Shown: in pieces, positions 21,785-29,681 of the stretch
Position numbering within the stretch: position 1 is the stretch's first letter
Layout: each line of letters begins with the position of its first letter
From: Candidatus Aminicenantes bacterium
GTDB lineage: Bacteria; Acidobacteriota; Aminicenantia; Aminicenantales; Saccharicenantaceae
Assembly: GCA_041320535.1 (NCBI GenBank)
Contig: JBGLNH010000001.1
Coordinates: 7,670 to 71,669 of the forward strand
DNA length: 64,000 nt
Direction of reading: 5' to 3'
Program-made: the position numbers and the translations under genes
The notes under the pieces: generated by a model
What the model was told of the DNA's origin: nothing
The model's input: only the letters and a program-made list of their open reading frames with translations
Databases searched by the model: none

Positions 21785-23448
21785 AGCTCCGGATCGACGG
21801 CCGCGAGGTCGAATGCCGCGAGGGCGCGACCATCCTCGAGGCCGCCCGGGGCGCCGGCATCTCCATCCCCTCCCTCTGCGACCATCCGGGGCTCGAGCCC
21901 TTCGCCGGCTGCCGGATCTGTCTCGTCGAGGTCTCCGGCCGCAAGGACTTCGCCCCGGCCTGCGCGACGCCGGCCGAGGACGGACAGGTCGTCCGGACCC
22001 GGACGCCGGAGATCGTGGCCCTGCGGAGGCGCGTCCTCGAGTTCATCCTGGCCGAACACCCCTACGCCTGCCTCGTCTGCCCCGAGAAGAAGACCTGCGA
22101 CGACCTCAAATCCACGATCCGCAAGACCGGCGAGGTCACCGGCTGCGTCCTCTGCCCGGAGAACGGCGCCTGCGAGCTCCAGAGGGTCGCCGACGAGGTC
22201 GGCCTCGACAAGGTCGAGCTGCCGGCGGCCTATCGCGGCCTGGAGGTCCACAAAGAGGATCCGTTCTTCGACCGCGACTACAACCTGTGCATCCTTTGCG
22301 GCCGGTGCGTCCGCGTCTGCGAGGAGATCCGCGGCGCCGCCGTCCTCTCCTTCGTCCACCGCGGAAGGAGGACCGAGATCGGGACGGCCCTGGGCCGGTC
22401 GCTCCTCGAGACCGGCTGCCGGTTCTGCGGCGCCTGCGTCGACGTCTGTCCCACCGGGGCCCTCGTCGAACGGGCCGTCCGGCCGGGTCCCGCGGCGACG
22501 GGCGCGGCCGAGATCGTCTGCCCCTTCTGCGGCCAGGGCTGCGTCCTGACGCTCCGGACGCGGGACGGACGGGTCCTGGACGCCGCCCCGGCCGACGCGG
22601 ACCCCAACCGCGGCCAAGCCTGCGTCAAGGGGCGCTTCCTCGTCCGCGTCGCCCTCGGCGGCCCGGGTCGCATCCTCCGGCCCCATGTCCGGAAGAACGG
22701 AGCGCTCGTGCCCGTCGCCCTGGACGAGGCCCTCGACCGGGCCGCCGCGGGGCTGCTCGACGTCCCGGAGGGACGCCGGGCGCTCGTCTATCCCGCCCAG
22801 GTCGCGCTCGAGGACGCGTATCTCTTCCTGGAGTTCGGGCGCGAGGTCCTCGGGACCGGGGCGGTCGCCCCGGCGCCGGGCCCGGAGCTCGAACGGTCGA
22901 TCGAGGCCTTCTCGTCGAGATTCGGCCTGCCGCTCCCGGCCCGGAGAAAGCTCTCCGACATCGCCTCCGGCGGGTCCTTCCTGGTCTGGGACGTCGATCT
23001 TCCGCGCGATCACCCGATCGCCTGGCTCGAGGTCGTCAAGGCCGTCCGCGGCGGCGCGGGGATCGTCGCCGCGGGAAGGTCGCCCTCCGGTCCCGCCGGC
23101 GTGAAAGCCGCCCGGCTGGAGACCGGCCCCCGGCCGGAAAGGGCGGCGGCGGGCCTGGCCGCGGCCCTTCTCGATCGCCCGGAGTTCGCGGAGCGCCACG
23201 GCCCGCTCGACGGCGGACGCGTCGCCGACATCGACCGCGCGGGCCTCGGCCCGGCCGCCGGCCGCGACGATGGCGGCGGCGACCGCCTCGAGCTTCTCCC
23301 GCTGGACGTCGGCGAGGACGACGGTCGCCCCTTCGGCCGCGAGGTCGCGGGCGATGGCTTCGCCGATCCCCTGGGAGGCGCCGGTGACGATGGACACGCG
23401 CCCTTCGAAGCGGCTCATGCGTCGGCTCCTTTGAGGGCGGGCTCGTAG
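21781..23448 (+). CDS. NuoG/FdhA-like Fe-S subunit with a degenerate molybdopterin domain; recognisable homology ends near 23200
   Basis: ATG 21781 overlaps the nuoF-like stop (ATGA). MKLRIDGREVECREGATILEAA...CDHPGLEPFAGCRICLV, 4Fe-4S boxes, and the Mo-bisPGD-type CPFCGQGCVL...ACVKGRF. The last ~82 codons are antisense to an SDR/plsX region and look non-native. Confidence 0.7.
   Translation: MKLRIDGREVECREGATILEAARGAGISIPSLCDHPGLEPFAGCRICLVEVSGRKDFAPACATPAEDGQVVRTRTPEIVALRRRVLEFILAEHPYACLVCPEKKTCDDLKSTIRKTGEVTGCVLCPENGACELQRVADEVGLDKVELPAAYRGLEVHKEDPFFDRDYNLCILCGRCVRVCEEIRGAAVLSFVHRGRRTEIGTALGRSLLETGCRFCGACVDVCPTGALVERAVRPGPAATGAAEIVCPFCGQGCVLTLRTRDGRVLDAAPADADPNRGQACVKGRFLVRVALGGPGRILRPHVRKNGALVPVALDEALDRAAAGLLDVPEGRRALVYPAQVALEDAYLFLEFGREVLGTGAVAPAPGPELERSIEAFSSRFGLPLPARRKLSDIASGGSFLVWDVDLPRDHPIAWLEVVKAVRGGAGIVAAGRSPSGPAGVKAARLETGPRPERAAAGLAAALLDRPEFAERHGPLDGGRVADIDRAGLGPAAGRDDGGGDRLELLPLDVGEDDGRPFGREVAGDGFADPLGGAGDDGHAPFEAAHASAPLRAGS
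23197..23418 (-). pseudogene. short-chain dehydrogenase/reductase (FabG-like) N-terminal fragment, about 74 codons
   Basis: MSRFEGRVSIVTGASQGIGEAIARDLAAEGATVVLADV...AVDVGDASAVERAV is a clear Rossmann TGxxxGIG start. No NNAG or YxxxK follows in any minus frame. The start overlaps the plsX stop (ATGA). Confidence 0.6.
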
Positions 23449-24428
23449 CGCAGCAGCTCGCCCTGGATCTTTTCCTGGACGCGGCCGGCGACGAACTCCC
23501 GGGCCCGCAGGATGGCGCTGCGGACGGCGGCCGGGCTGGACCGGCCGTGCCCGATGACGCAGACGCCGTTGACCCCGAGGAGCTGGGCGCCGCCGTACTC
23601 CGCGTAATCGACCCTTTTGTAGATCTTCTTGAGGTGCCGCTTCATGAGGAGGTAGCCGAGCTTGGCGAAGATGTTCTTGGTGATCTCGTGCTTGGCCAGC
23701 ATGAGGACGCTCTGGACGACGCCCTCGGAGGCCTTCAGGGCGACGTTCCCGGTGAACCCGTCGCTGACGATGACGTCGGCCGCCCCCGAGAACAGGTCCT
23801 TGCCCTCGACGTTGCCGATGAAGCGCAGGGGCGCATCCTGGAGCCGGTCGAAGGCCTCGCGGACGAGGTCGTTGCCCTTGCCCTTCTCCTCGCCGATGCT
23901 CATCAGCCCGATCCGCGGGTCCTTCAGGCCGACCACGGCCTCCATGAAGATCTTGCCCATGAAGGCGAACTGGACGAGGTTGTGCGGCTGGCAGTTGGCG
24001 TTGGCCCCGACGTCGAGGAGCAGCGTCTTGCCCTCGGGCGCGGGCACGAGCAGGGCCAGGGCCGGGCGGTCGACGCCGCGGAGCGCGCCCAGGACGTCGC
24101 GGGAGATGTAGACGACCGCCCCCGTGTTGCCCATGCTGACGAAGGCGTCGGCCCGGCCTTCCTTGACGAGCTGCGCGCCGACCCGGATGGAGGAGGCCTT
24201 CTTCTTCCTGAAGGCCAGCAGCCCTTCGCCCATGCCGATCGCCTCGGGCGCGTCGACGACGGTCGCCCGGGACGTCGCCAGGCCGGAGCGGTCCATCTCG
24301 CGGCGGATGACGCTCTCGAGACCGACGAGCTGGACGTCGACGCCGAACTCTTCGGCGGCGCGGAGGGCCCCAGGCACCGTGGCTTTCGGGCCGACATCCC
24401 CCCCCATCGCGTCGACGGCGATTCTCAT
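23415..24428 (-). CDS. plsX: phosphate acyltransferase PlsX
   Basis: MRIAVDAMGGDVGP... Start trimmed from track ORF 23415..24530 to the conserved N-terminus. Confidence 0.9.
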   Translation of the reverse strand: MRIAVDAMGGDVGPKATVPGALRAAEEFGVDVQLVGLESVIRREMDRSGLATSRATVVDAPEAIGMGEGLLAFRKKKASSIRVGAQLVKEGRADAFVSMGNTGAVVYISRDVLGALRGVDRPALALLVPAPEGKTLLLDVGANANCQPHNLVQFAFMGKIFMEAVVGLKDPRIGLMSIGEEKGKGNDLVREAFDRLQDAPLRFIGNVEGKDLFSGAADVIVSDGFTGNVALKASEGVVQSVLMLAKHEITKNIFAKLGYLLMKRHLKKIYKRVDYAEYGGAQLLGVNGVCVIGHGRSSPAAVRSAILRAREFVAGRVQEKIQGELLRYEPALKGADA

Positions 24429-24442
24429 GGGCGCCGCCCGGG

Positions 24443-24625
24443 TCAGTCTTCTTTCCCTTCCGTCACCTGCCGTCCCTTGTAATAGCCGCATTCCGGGCAG
24501 GCCCGATGGGGCAGCTTCGGGTTGCCGCACTTGGAGCAGACGGAGAAGGTGGGCAGGGTGAGGCCGTCGTGGGCGCGGCGCTTCCCTTTGCGCGTCGGGG
24601 AATGTCGTCTCTTGGGATTCGGCAT
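24443..24625 (-). CDS. rpmF: 50S ribosomal protein L32
   Basis: MPNPKRRHSPTRKGKRRAHD...CSKCG...CPECGYY. Confidence 0.95.
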   Translation of the reverse strand: MPNPKRRHSPTRKGKRRAHDGLTLPTFSVCSKCGNPKLPHRACPECGYYKGRQVTEGKED

Positions 24626-24626
24626 G

Positions 24627-25145
24627 TTAGCTCTTGTCTCTCACGTTGAATTTGAGCCTTTGGGCGCCGGTCTCCGGCTCCTTGACCAGGCACGAACACT
24701 TGGCGTCGCGGATGATCTCGCCGCAGACCGCGCAGATCCCCTCGCAGCCCGGCGCGCACAGGGGCTTGGCCGGGAAGGTCAGGTTCAGCTGCTCGAGGAC
24801 GACGGCCCGCAGGTCGAGCTGCCGGCCGGTGTAGTACATCTGGTCGATCTTCTCGTCGGTCAGCTCGTCGGACAGGGCGTCGATCTCCTCGGGCAGATAG
24901 ACGAGGTCGAACCGGCTGGCCACGGGGAATTCGAAGGGGGTCAGGCAGCGCGCGCAGACGAAGCTCAGCCGGGCGGTGATCTCGCCCTGGACGTAGACAT
25001 CGTCCCCGACGGCCCGGACGGCGATCTCGGCGTGGGCCGGCTCGAGGAAGACGGCGTTCTCCTCGACGAGGTCCAGGCTCAGGAACTCGAAATCCCGGGA
25101 GACGCGCAGGCCTTCCTTCGGCAGACGGTCGATATCGATGATCAT
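24627..25145 (-). CDS. yceD: YceD/DUF177 family protein
   Basis: Cys-rich C-terminus (CAPGCEGICAVCG) and the conserved position upstream of rpmF. Start probably MIIDIDRL, because the track start at 25184 lies within a few nt of the predicted -10. Confidence 0.75.
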   Translation of the reverse strand: MIIDIDRLPKEGLRVSRDFEFLSLDLVEENAVFLEPAHAEIAVRAVGDDVYVQGEITARLSFVCARCLTPFEFPVASRFDLVYLPEEIDALSDELTDEKIDQMYYTGRQLDLRAVVLEQLNLTFPAKPLCAPGCEGICAVCGEIIRDAKCSCLVKEPETGAQRLKFNVRDKS

Positions 25146-25187
25146 CGTCGGATCCACGCGGACATCCTCATAAAAAAAATTCACCTT

Positions 25188-25215
25188 ATTATACCAACTG
25201 ACCCCGGGAAGTCAA
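25188..25215 (-). promoter_or_regulatory. candidate sigma-70 promoter for the yceD-rpmF-plsX operon
   Basis: Minus strand reads TTGACT (complement 25210-25215), 16-nt spacer, TATAAT (complement 25188-25193). Confidence 0.45.
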
Positions 25216-25240
25216 ATGGCCGGGCGGCCCGGGACCGGGC

Positions 25241-25268
25241 TTGAACGGGGGGCCGGGAGGGGTATAAT
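25241..25268 (+). promoter_or_regulatory. candidate sigma-70 promoter for the 81-aa ORF and polA
   Basis: TTGAAC (25241-25246), 16-nt spacer, TATAAT (25263-25268). Confidence 0.4.
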
Positions 25269-25286
25269 GGGGGGCGGACGAAGTCC

Positions 25287-25532
25287 ATGGGCGGCTACAA
25301 CACGAGGGTCGACTACAAGGGGGAATCCTACATCGTCCAGACCCAGGACAAAGGGCGCGCCGCCCAGTACGTCGAGTCCCTGATCTACAAGTCCGGCCGC
25401 CTGCTGGCCACCAGGCGGGCCTTCTACACGGCCTTCATGGGTGCCGCGGACCTCGCGGACCGGATCGAGCGGATGATGGAGGAACAGCACAAGTCGATCC
25501 TCGGGCAGATCGTCGAAGGCAGGTTCGACTGA
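25287..25532 (+). CDS. hypothetical 81-aa protein
   Basis: ATG start and genome-typical codon bias. MGGYNTRVDYKGESYIVQTQDKG... Its TGA overlaps the only plausible polA initiation codon. Confidence 0.5.
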   Translation: MGGYNTRVDYKGESYIVQTQDKGRAAQYVESLIYKSGRLLATRRAFYTAFMGAADLADRIERMMEEQHKSILGQIVEGRFD

Positions 25533-28195
25533 GCCCGGAGCGGCTCTTCCTCGTCGACGGGAACTCCCTCCTCTACCGCTCCTATTACGCCGTCCAGAAG
25601 CTGGCCACGTCGGGCGGCTTCCCGACGGGCGCCGTCTTCGGCTTCCTCAGCTCGCTGCGCAAGCTCCTCGACGACGGGAAGCCCGACTACCTGGGCGTCG
25701 TCTTCGACGTCAAGGGCCCGACGGTCCGCCACGAGGAGTACGGCGCCTACAAGGCCAACCGCAAGCCCATGCCCGACGACCTGGCCCTCCAGGTCCCGGT
25801 CCTCAAGGACGTCCTGCGCGCCCTGCGGGTGGCCACGGCCGAATTCCCCAAGTACGAGGCCGACGACGTCATCGCCTCGCTCGCCGCCCGTGCCTCGGCC
25901 CGGGGCCTCCACACGGTCGTCGTCACGACCGACAAGGACCTGCTCCAGATCGTCGACGAGAGGACCTCCGTCTGGAACCCCTCCAAGGAGATGGTCATCG
26001 ACCCGTCCAACGTCGAGGAGTTCTTCGGCGTCGGGGCCGGATCGGTCGTGGACGTGCTGGCCCTCTGGGGCGACCCCTCGGACAACGTCCCCGGCGTCCC
26101 CGGCATCGGCGAGAAGACGGCCAAGGCCCTGGTCCGGGAATACGGGTCCGTCGACGGCCTTCTGGCCGGCCTCGACCGGGTCAAGAACCCCCGCCTCCGG
26201 GAGCGGCTCACCCAGAACCGGGACTTGCTCGAGCTCAGCCGCCGCCTGGTCACGGTCTGCCGCGACCTCGACCTCGATCTCGACCTCGACCGGTACGCCG
26301 TCCAGGCGCCCGACGAGAAGGAGACCGTCCGGCTCTTCGGGGAGCTCGAATTCTCCTCCCTGCTGTCCGACTTCCTCGAGGCGCCGCGGCCGCTCGAAAA
26401 GACCTTCCGGACGGTCTTCGACGAACGGGAGCTCCGGGCCCTGGCCGAGCGGATCGCCGAGGCGGGCGCGGTCGCCCTGGACACCGAGACGGACGGGCCG
26501 GCCCCCACCCGGGCCCGGCTCGTCGGCCTGTCCTTTTCGCTCGCCGCCGGCGAGGCCTTCTACGTCCCGGTCGGGCACGATTATCTGGGGGCGCCGGCCC
26601 AGATCCCCAAAGCCCGGGCCCTGGCGGTCCTCCGGCCCGTGCTCGAGGACGATCGGATCGCGAAGACGGGACAGAACATCAAGTACGACCTCATCGTCCT
26701 CGAGCGGGAGGGCGTCCGCCTGGCCGGCGTAGCCCGGGACACCATGGTCCTGTCCTACCTTCTCGAGCCCAACTGGGGCAAGCACGGCCTCGAGCGCCTG
26801 GCCCTCCATTATCTCCGCGAGACCAAGGCCCCCTACGAGGAGATCGTCGGCCGGGGCAAGAACGAGCTGACCATGGACAAGGTGGCCGTCGAACGGGCCG
26901 CGCCCTACGCCTGCCAGGACGCCGCTTTGGCCTGGGAGCTCGGCGGGCTTCTCTGGGACAAGGTCCGGGCGAGGAAGCTCGGCCGGCTCTACGAGGACAT
27001 CGAGCGGCCCCTCATCGGCCTCCTGGCCCGGATGGAGATCGTCGGGGTCCGGGTCGATCCCGCCGTCCTGCGGTCGATGTCCAAGGAGCTCGAGGGCGAG
27101 CTCGGACGCCTGGAGAAGGAGATCCACGAGCTCGCCGGCTGCGCCTTCAACATCCAATCGCCGCGCCAGCTCTCCGACGTCCTCTTCCACAAGCTGGGCC
27201 TGCGGCCCTCGCGCCGGACCCGGGTGACCAAGGGGTTCTCCACCTCCCTCGATATCCTCGAGGACCTGGCCGGGGAGCACCCGCTGGCCCGCCGCGTCCT
27301 CGAGTTCCGGCAGATGGCCAAGCTCAAGTCCACCTACGCCGACGCCCTGGCGGCGCTCATCGACCCGGCGACGGGCCGCATCCACACCTCCTACAACCAG
27401 ACCGTGGCGTCCACGGGCCGCCTCTCGTCGAGCGAGCCGAACCTTCAGAACATCCCGGCCCGGGGGCCCTGGGGAGCGCGCTTCCGCCGGGCCTTCGTGC
27501 CGGACGACGGGCACGTCCTGCTCGCGGCCGACTATTCCCAGATCGAGCTCCGGGTCCTGGCCCACCTGTCGGAGGACCCGGCCCTGGTGAAGACCTTCCT
27601 CGAGGACCGCGACGTCCACGAGGAGACGGCCCGGCTCGTCTTCGGGAACGCTCCCGGCGAGGACGCCCGGCGGCGGGCCAAGATCATCAATTTCAGCATC
27701 GTCTACGGCGCGTCGGCCTTTTCCCTGGCCCGGGAGCTGGGGACGTCGGCCGGCGAGGCCCAGGCGTTCATCGACCGCTATTTCGCCGAGCTGCCCCAGG
27801 TCCGCCGCTACCTGGACCGGATCGTCGACGAGGCCCGCGAGCGCGGCCACTCGGAAACGATCTTCGGCCGCCAGCGCCAGGTCCCGGAGCTCCGGGCCCC
27901 GGACCGGGCCCTCCAGCAGGCCGGCCGGCGCATCGCCCTCAACAATCCCATCCAGGGCTCCGCGGCCGACATCATCAAGGTGGCCATGCTCCGGGTCGAC
28001 AAGGCCATCGGGGAGCGGCGCCTCGGGACCCGCATGATCCTCCAGGTCCACGACGAGCTCGTCTTCGAGGTCCCCCGGGGGGAGGAGGAGGCCGTGGAGC
28101 CGCTGGTCAGGGAAGCCATGGAAGGGGCGGCGGACCTCCGCGTCCCCCTCAAGGTGCGGCTGGGGTTCGGCCCGAGCTGGGCGGACGCGAAGTAG
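25529..28195 (+). CDS. polA: DNA polymerase I (5'-nuclease, 3'-5' exo-like and polymerase domains)
   Basis: In-frame 5'-nuclease motif RLFLVDGNSLLYRSYYA starts at 25541, well upstream of the track start 25769. No ATG/GTG/TTG occurs in this frame between the stop at 25265 and 25769. CTG 25529 with GAAGG 9 nt upstream is proposed as the start. Confidence 0.9.
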   Translation: MSPERLFLVDGNSLLYRSYYAVQKLATSGGFPTGAVFGFLSSLRKLLDDGKPDYLGVVFDVKGPTVRHEEYGAYKANRKPMPDDLALQVPVLKDVLRALRVATAEFPKYEADDVIASLAARASARGLHTVVVTTDKDLLQIVDERTSVWNPSKEMVIDPSNVEEFFGVGAGSVVDVLALWGDPSDNVPGVPGIGEKTAKALVREYGSVDGLLAGLDRVKNPRLRERLTQNRDLLELSRRLVTVCRDLDLDLDLDRYAVQAPDEKETVRLFGELEFSSLLSDFLEAPRPLEKTFRTVFDERELRALAERIAEAGAVALDTETDGPAPTRARLVGLSFSLAAGEAFYVPVGHDYLGAPAQIPKARALAVLRPVLEDDRIAKTGQNIKYDLIVLEREGVRLAGVARDTMVLSYLLEPNWGKHGLERLALHYLRETKAPYEEIVGRGKNELTMDKVAVERAAPYACQDAALAWELGGLLWDKVRARKLGRLYEDIERPLIGLLARMEIVGVRVDPAVLRSMSKELEGELGRLEKEIHELAGCAFNIQSPRQLSDVLFHKLGLRPSRRTRVTKGFSTSLDILEDLAGEHPLARRVLEFRQMAKLKSTYADALAALIDPATGRIHTSYNQTVASTGRLSSSEPNLQNIPARGPWGARFRRAFVPDDGHVLLAADYSQIELRVLAHLSEDPALVKTFLEDRDVHEETARLVFGNAPGEDARRRAKIINFSIVYGASAFSLARELGTSAGEAQAFIDRYFAELPQVRRYLDRIVDEARERGHSETIFGRQRQVPELRAPDRALQQAGRRIALNNPIQGSAADIIKVAMLRVDKAIGERRLGTRMILQVHDELVFEVPRGEEEAVEPLVREAMEGAADLRVPLKVRLGFGPSWADAK

Positions 28196-28209
28196 CCCTG
28201 TCGCGCCTC

Positions 28210-28378
28210 AGTACGGCCGCCCCTGTCCGCGGCTGTGCCCGGGAATGGGCTCTAGCCCCCCGGCCCCCCCGGGGAACCTGGCCCGACGGTTCCCCCGCCT
28301 TCGGCGGGTCCCCCTCCGCTACGGGGGTCGTCGAGTCCATTTCCCTCGCCGCCTCCGGAGGGACGGCCGGGACCGGCC
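28210..28378 (-). repeat. hairpin-rich intergenic repeat, copy C (reverse orientation)
   Basis: The reverse complement aligns along about 150 nt with 52281-52442 and 57837-57996, sharing ...ccccgtagcggaggggg acccgccgaaggcggggg aaccgtcgggccaggttcc...ctagag... Confidence 0.8.
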
Positions 28379-28379
28379 G

Positions 28380-29513
28380 TCAAATCATCTTATAGAACGC
28401 CCGGTACTTCTTGTAGATCGTCCCGCCCATGCGCTCCATCTCGGCCCGGACCTTGACGTTGGCCTCCATCTCGTGGTGGGTGTCCATCATCTCGTAGCCG
28501 GCCTCGTAGGCCCCGATGAGGATCCTGACGCCCATGAGCACGTCCAGGCCCTGGCCCCGGTACTTCTCCTTGACCGCCCCGAGCAGCAGGTCGAGCTGCT
28601 TGGTCTTCTTGGCGGCCCGGAGGACGCGGATGAAGCCGAACGGGAGGAGCCGGCCCCGGGCCTTGCGGATGCCCTCGGTCATGTCCGGCATGGCGATGAT
28701 GAAGGCGGCGACCTCGTCGTCCTTCTTGACGGCCTTGACGAAGCGCGGGTCGAGGACCGGGAGATAGCGCTTGGCCAGGTCGTCCATCTCCTCCTCGGTG
28801 AGAGGCGCGAAGCCGTAGATGTTCCCGGCCATGTAGCACTCGTTCATGAGGGACAGGATGGGCCGGATCCAGGGCTTGATCTCCTTGCGCTTGCGGAACT
28901 CGACGATCTCGTACGTCCCCCGCTTCATGGCCCGCTCGAAGATCTTCTTGTAGAACTCCGGCGGCTCCTTGGGGACGTCGAGCTTGTAGACGAACCAGTC
29001 GCAGTCCTTGGCGTAGCCGTCCTCCTCGAGCCAGGCGGGCATCCACTCGAAGTTGTAGTAGGTGGCGATCGTCGCCCGGTGCTCGAAGCCCTCGATGAGG
29101 AAGCCCTCGGGGTCCTGGTCGGAGAAGCCGTAGGGGCCCACGATCTTGGTCATGCCCTTGGCCCGGGCCCAGTCCTCGACCGCCCGGAGGAGGGCCGTGA
29201 ACGCCTCCTTGTCCTCGTAGACGTCGAAGTAGCCGAAGCGGGCCGTCCGCTCGTTGCGGTGCTCGTTGAAGCGGTGGTTGATGATGCCCATGATCCGGCC
29301 GACGGGCCGGCCGTCCCGCCAGGCGACGAGGAGCGTCGTGTCGCAGTAGCCGAAGGCCTTGTTCTTCCTCCTGTCGAAGTATTTCCAGTCGTCCATGTAG
29401 ATGGGGTGGACCCAGTTGGCGTGGCCGGCGTGGATCTTCTCCGGGAGATAGATGAAGGTCTTCAGGCCCCGGCGGGACAGGACTTCGCGGATGTCGATGG
29501 CCATGGTCGTCAT
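28380..29513 (-). CDS. GNAT-fold acyltransferase-like protein (uncharacterised conserved family)
   Basis: 377 aa with RGQGLD-type acetyl-CoA loop and two GNAT-like halves. Confidence 0.55.
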   Translation of the reverse strand: MTTMAIDIREVLSRRGLKTFIYLPEKIHAGHANWVHPIYMDDWKYFDRRKNKAFGYCDTTLLVAWRDGRPVGRIMGIINHRFNEHRNERTARFGYFDVYEDKEAFTALLRAVEDWARAKGMTKIVGPYGFSDQDPEGFLIEGFEHRATIATYYNFEWMPAWLEEDGYAKDCDWFVYKLDVPKEPPEFYKKIFERAMKRGTYEIVEFRKRKEIKPWIRPILSLMNECYMAGNIYGFAPLTEEEMDDLAKRYLPVLDPRFVKAVKKDDEVAAFIIAMPDMTEGIRKARGRLLPFGFIRVLRAAKKTKQLDLLLGAVKEKYRGQGLDVLMGVRILIGAYEAGYEMMDTHHEMEANVKVRAEMERMGGTIYKKYRAFYKMI

Positions 29514-29619
29514 CTCCTCGGCGGTTTCGTCCTTTTATCCCATGTTCCGGGGGAAAAAGCAACGGAAATCTCGCCCTGGAAAACCCTGTTCAAAACCCGA
29601 GGACGTCGTGTGGAAATTC

Positions 29620-29648
29620 TTGACACCCCCCGGACCCGACACTATACT
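29620..29648 (+). promoter_or_regulatory. near-consensus sigma-70 promoter for the hydrogenase operon
   Basis: TTGACA (29620-29625), 17-nt spacer, TATACT (29643-29648). AAGGAAGG Shine-Dalgarno precedes ATG 29682. Confidence 0.55.
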
Positions 29649-29681
29649 AGGCCTTCAAAATAAGGAAGGCAGCCCGTCCCC

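Noticed and set aside
21577-23418. 613-aa minus-strand ORF starting with an SDR motif.
   Set aside because: Only the first ~74 codons look like a real SDR. The rest is antisense to the NuoG-like gene and has no SDR motifs. It is treated as a truncated fragment.
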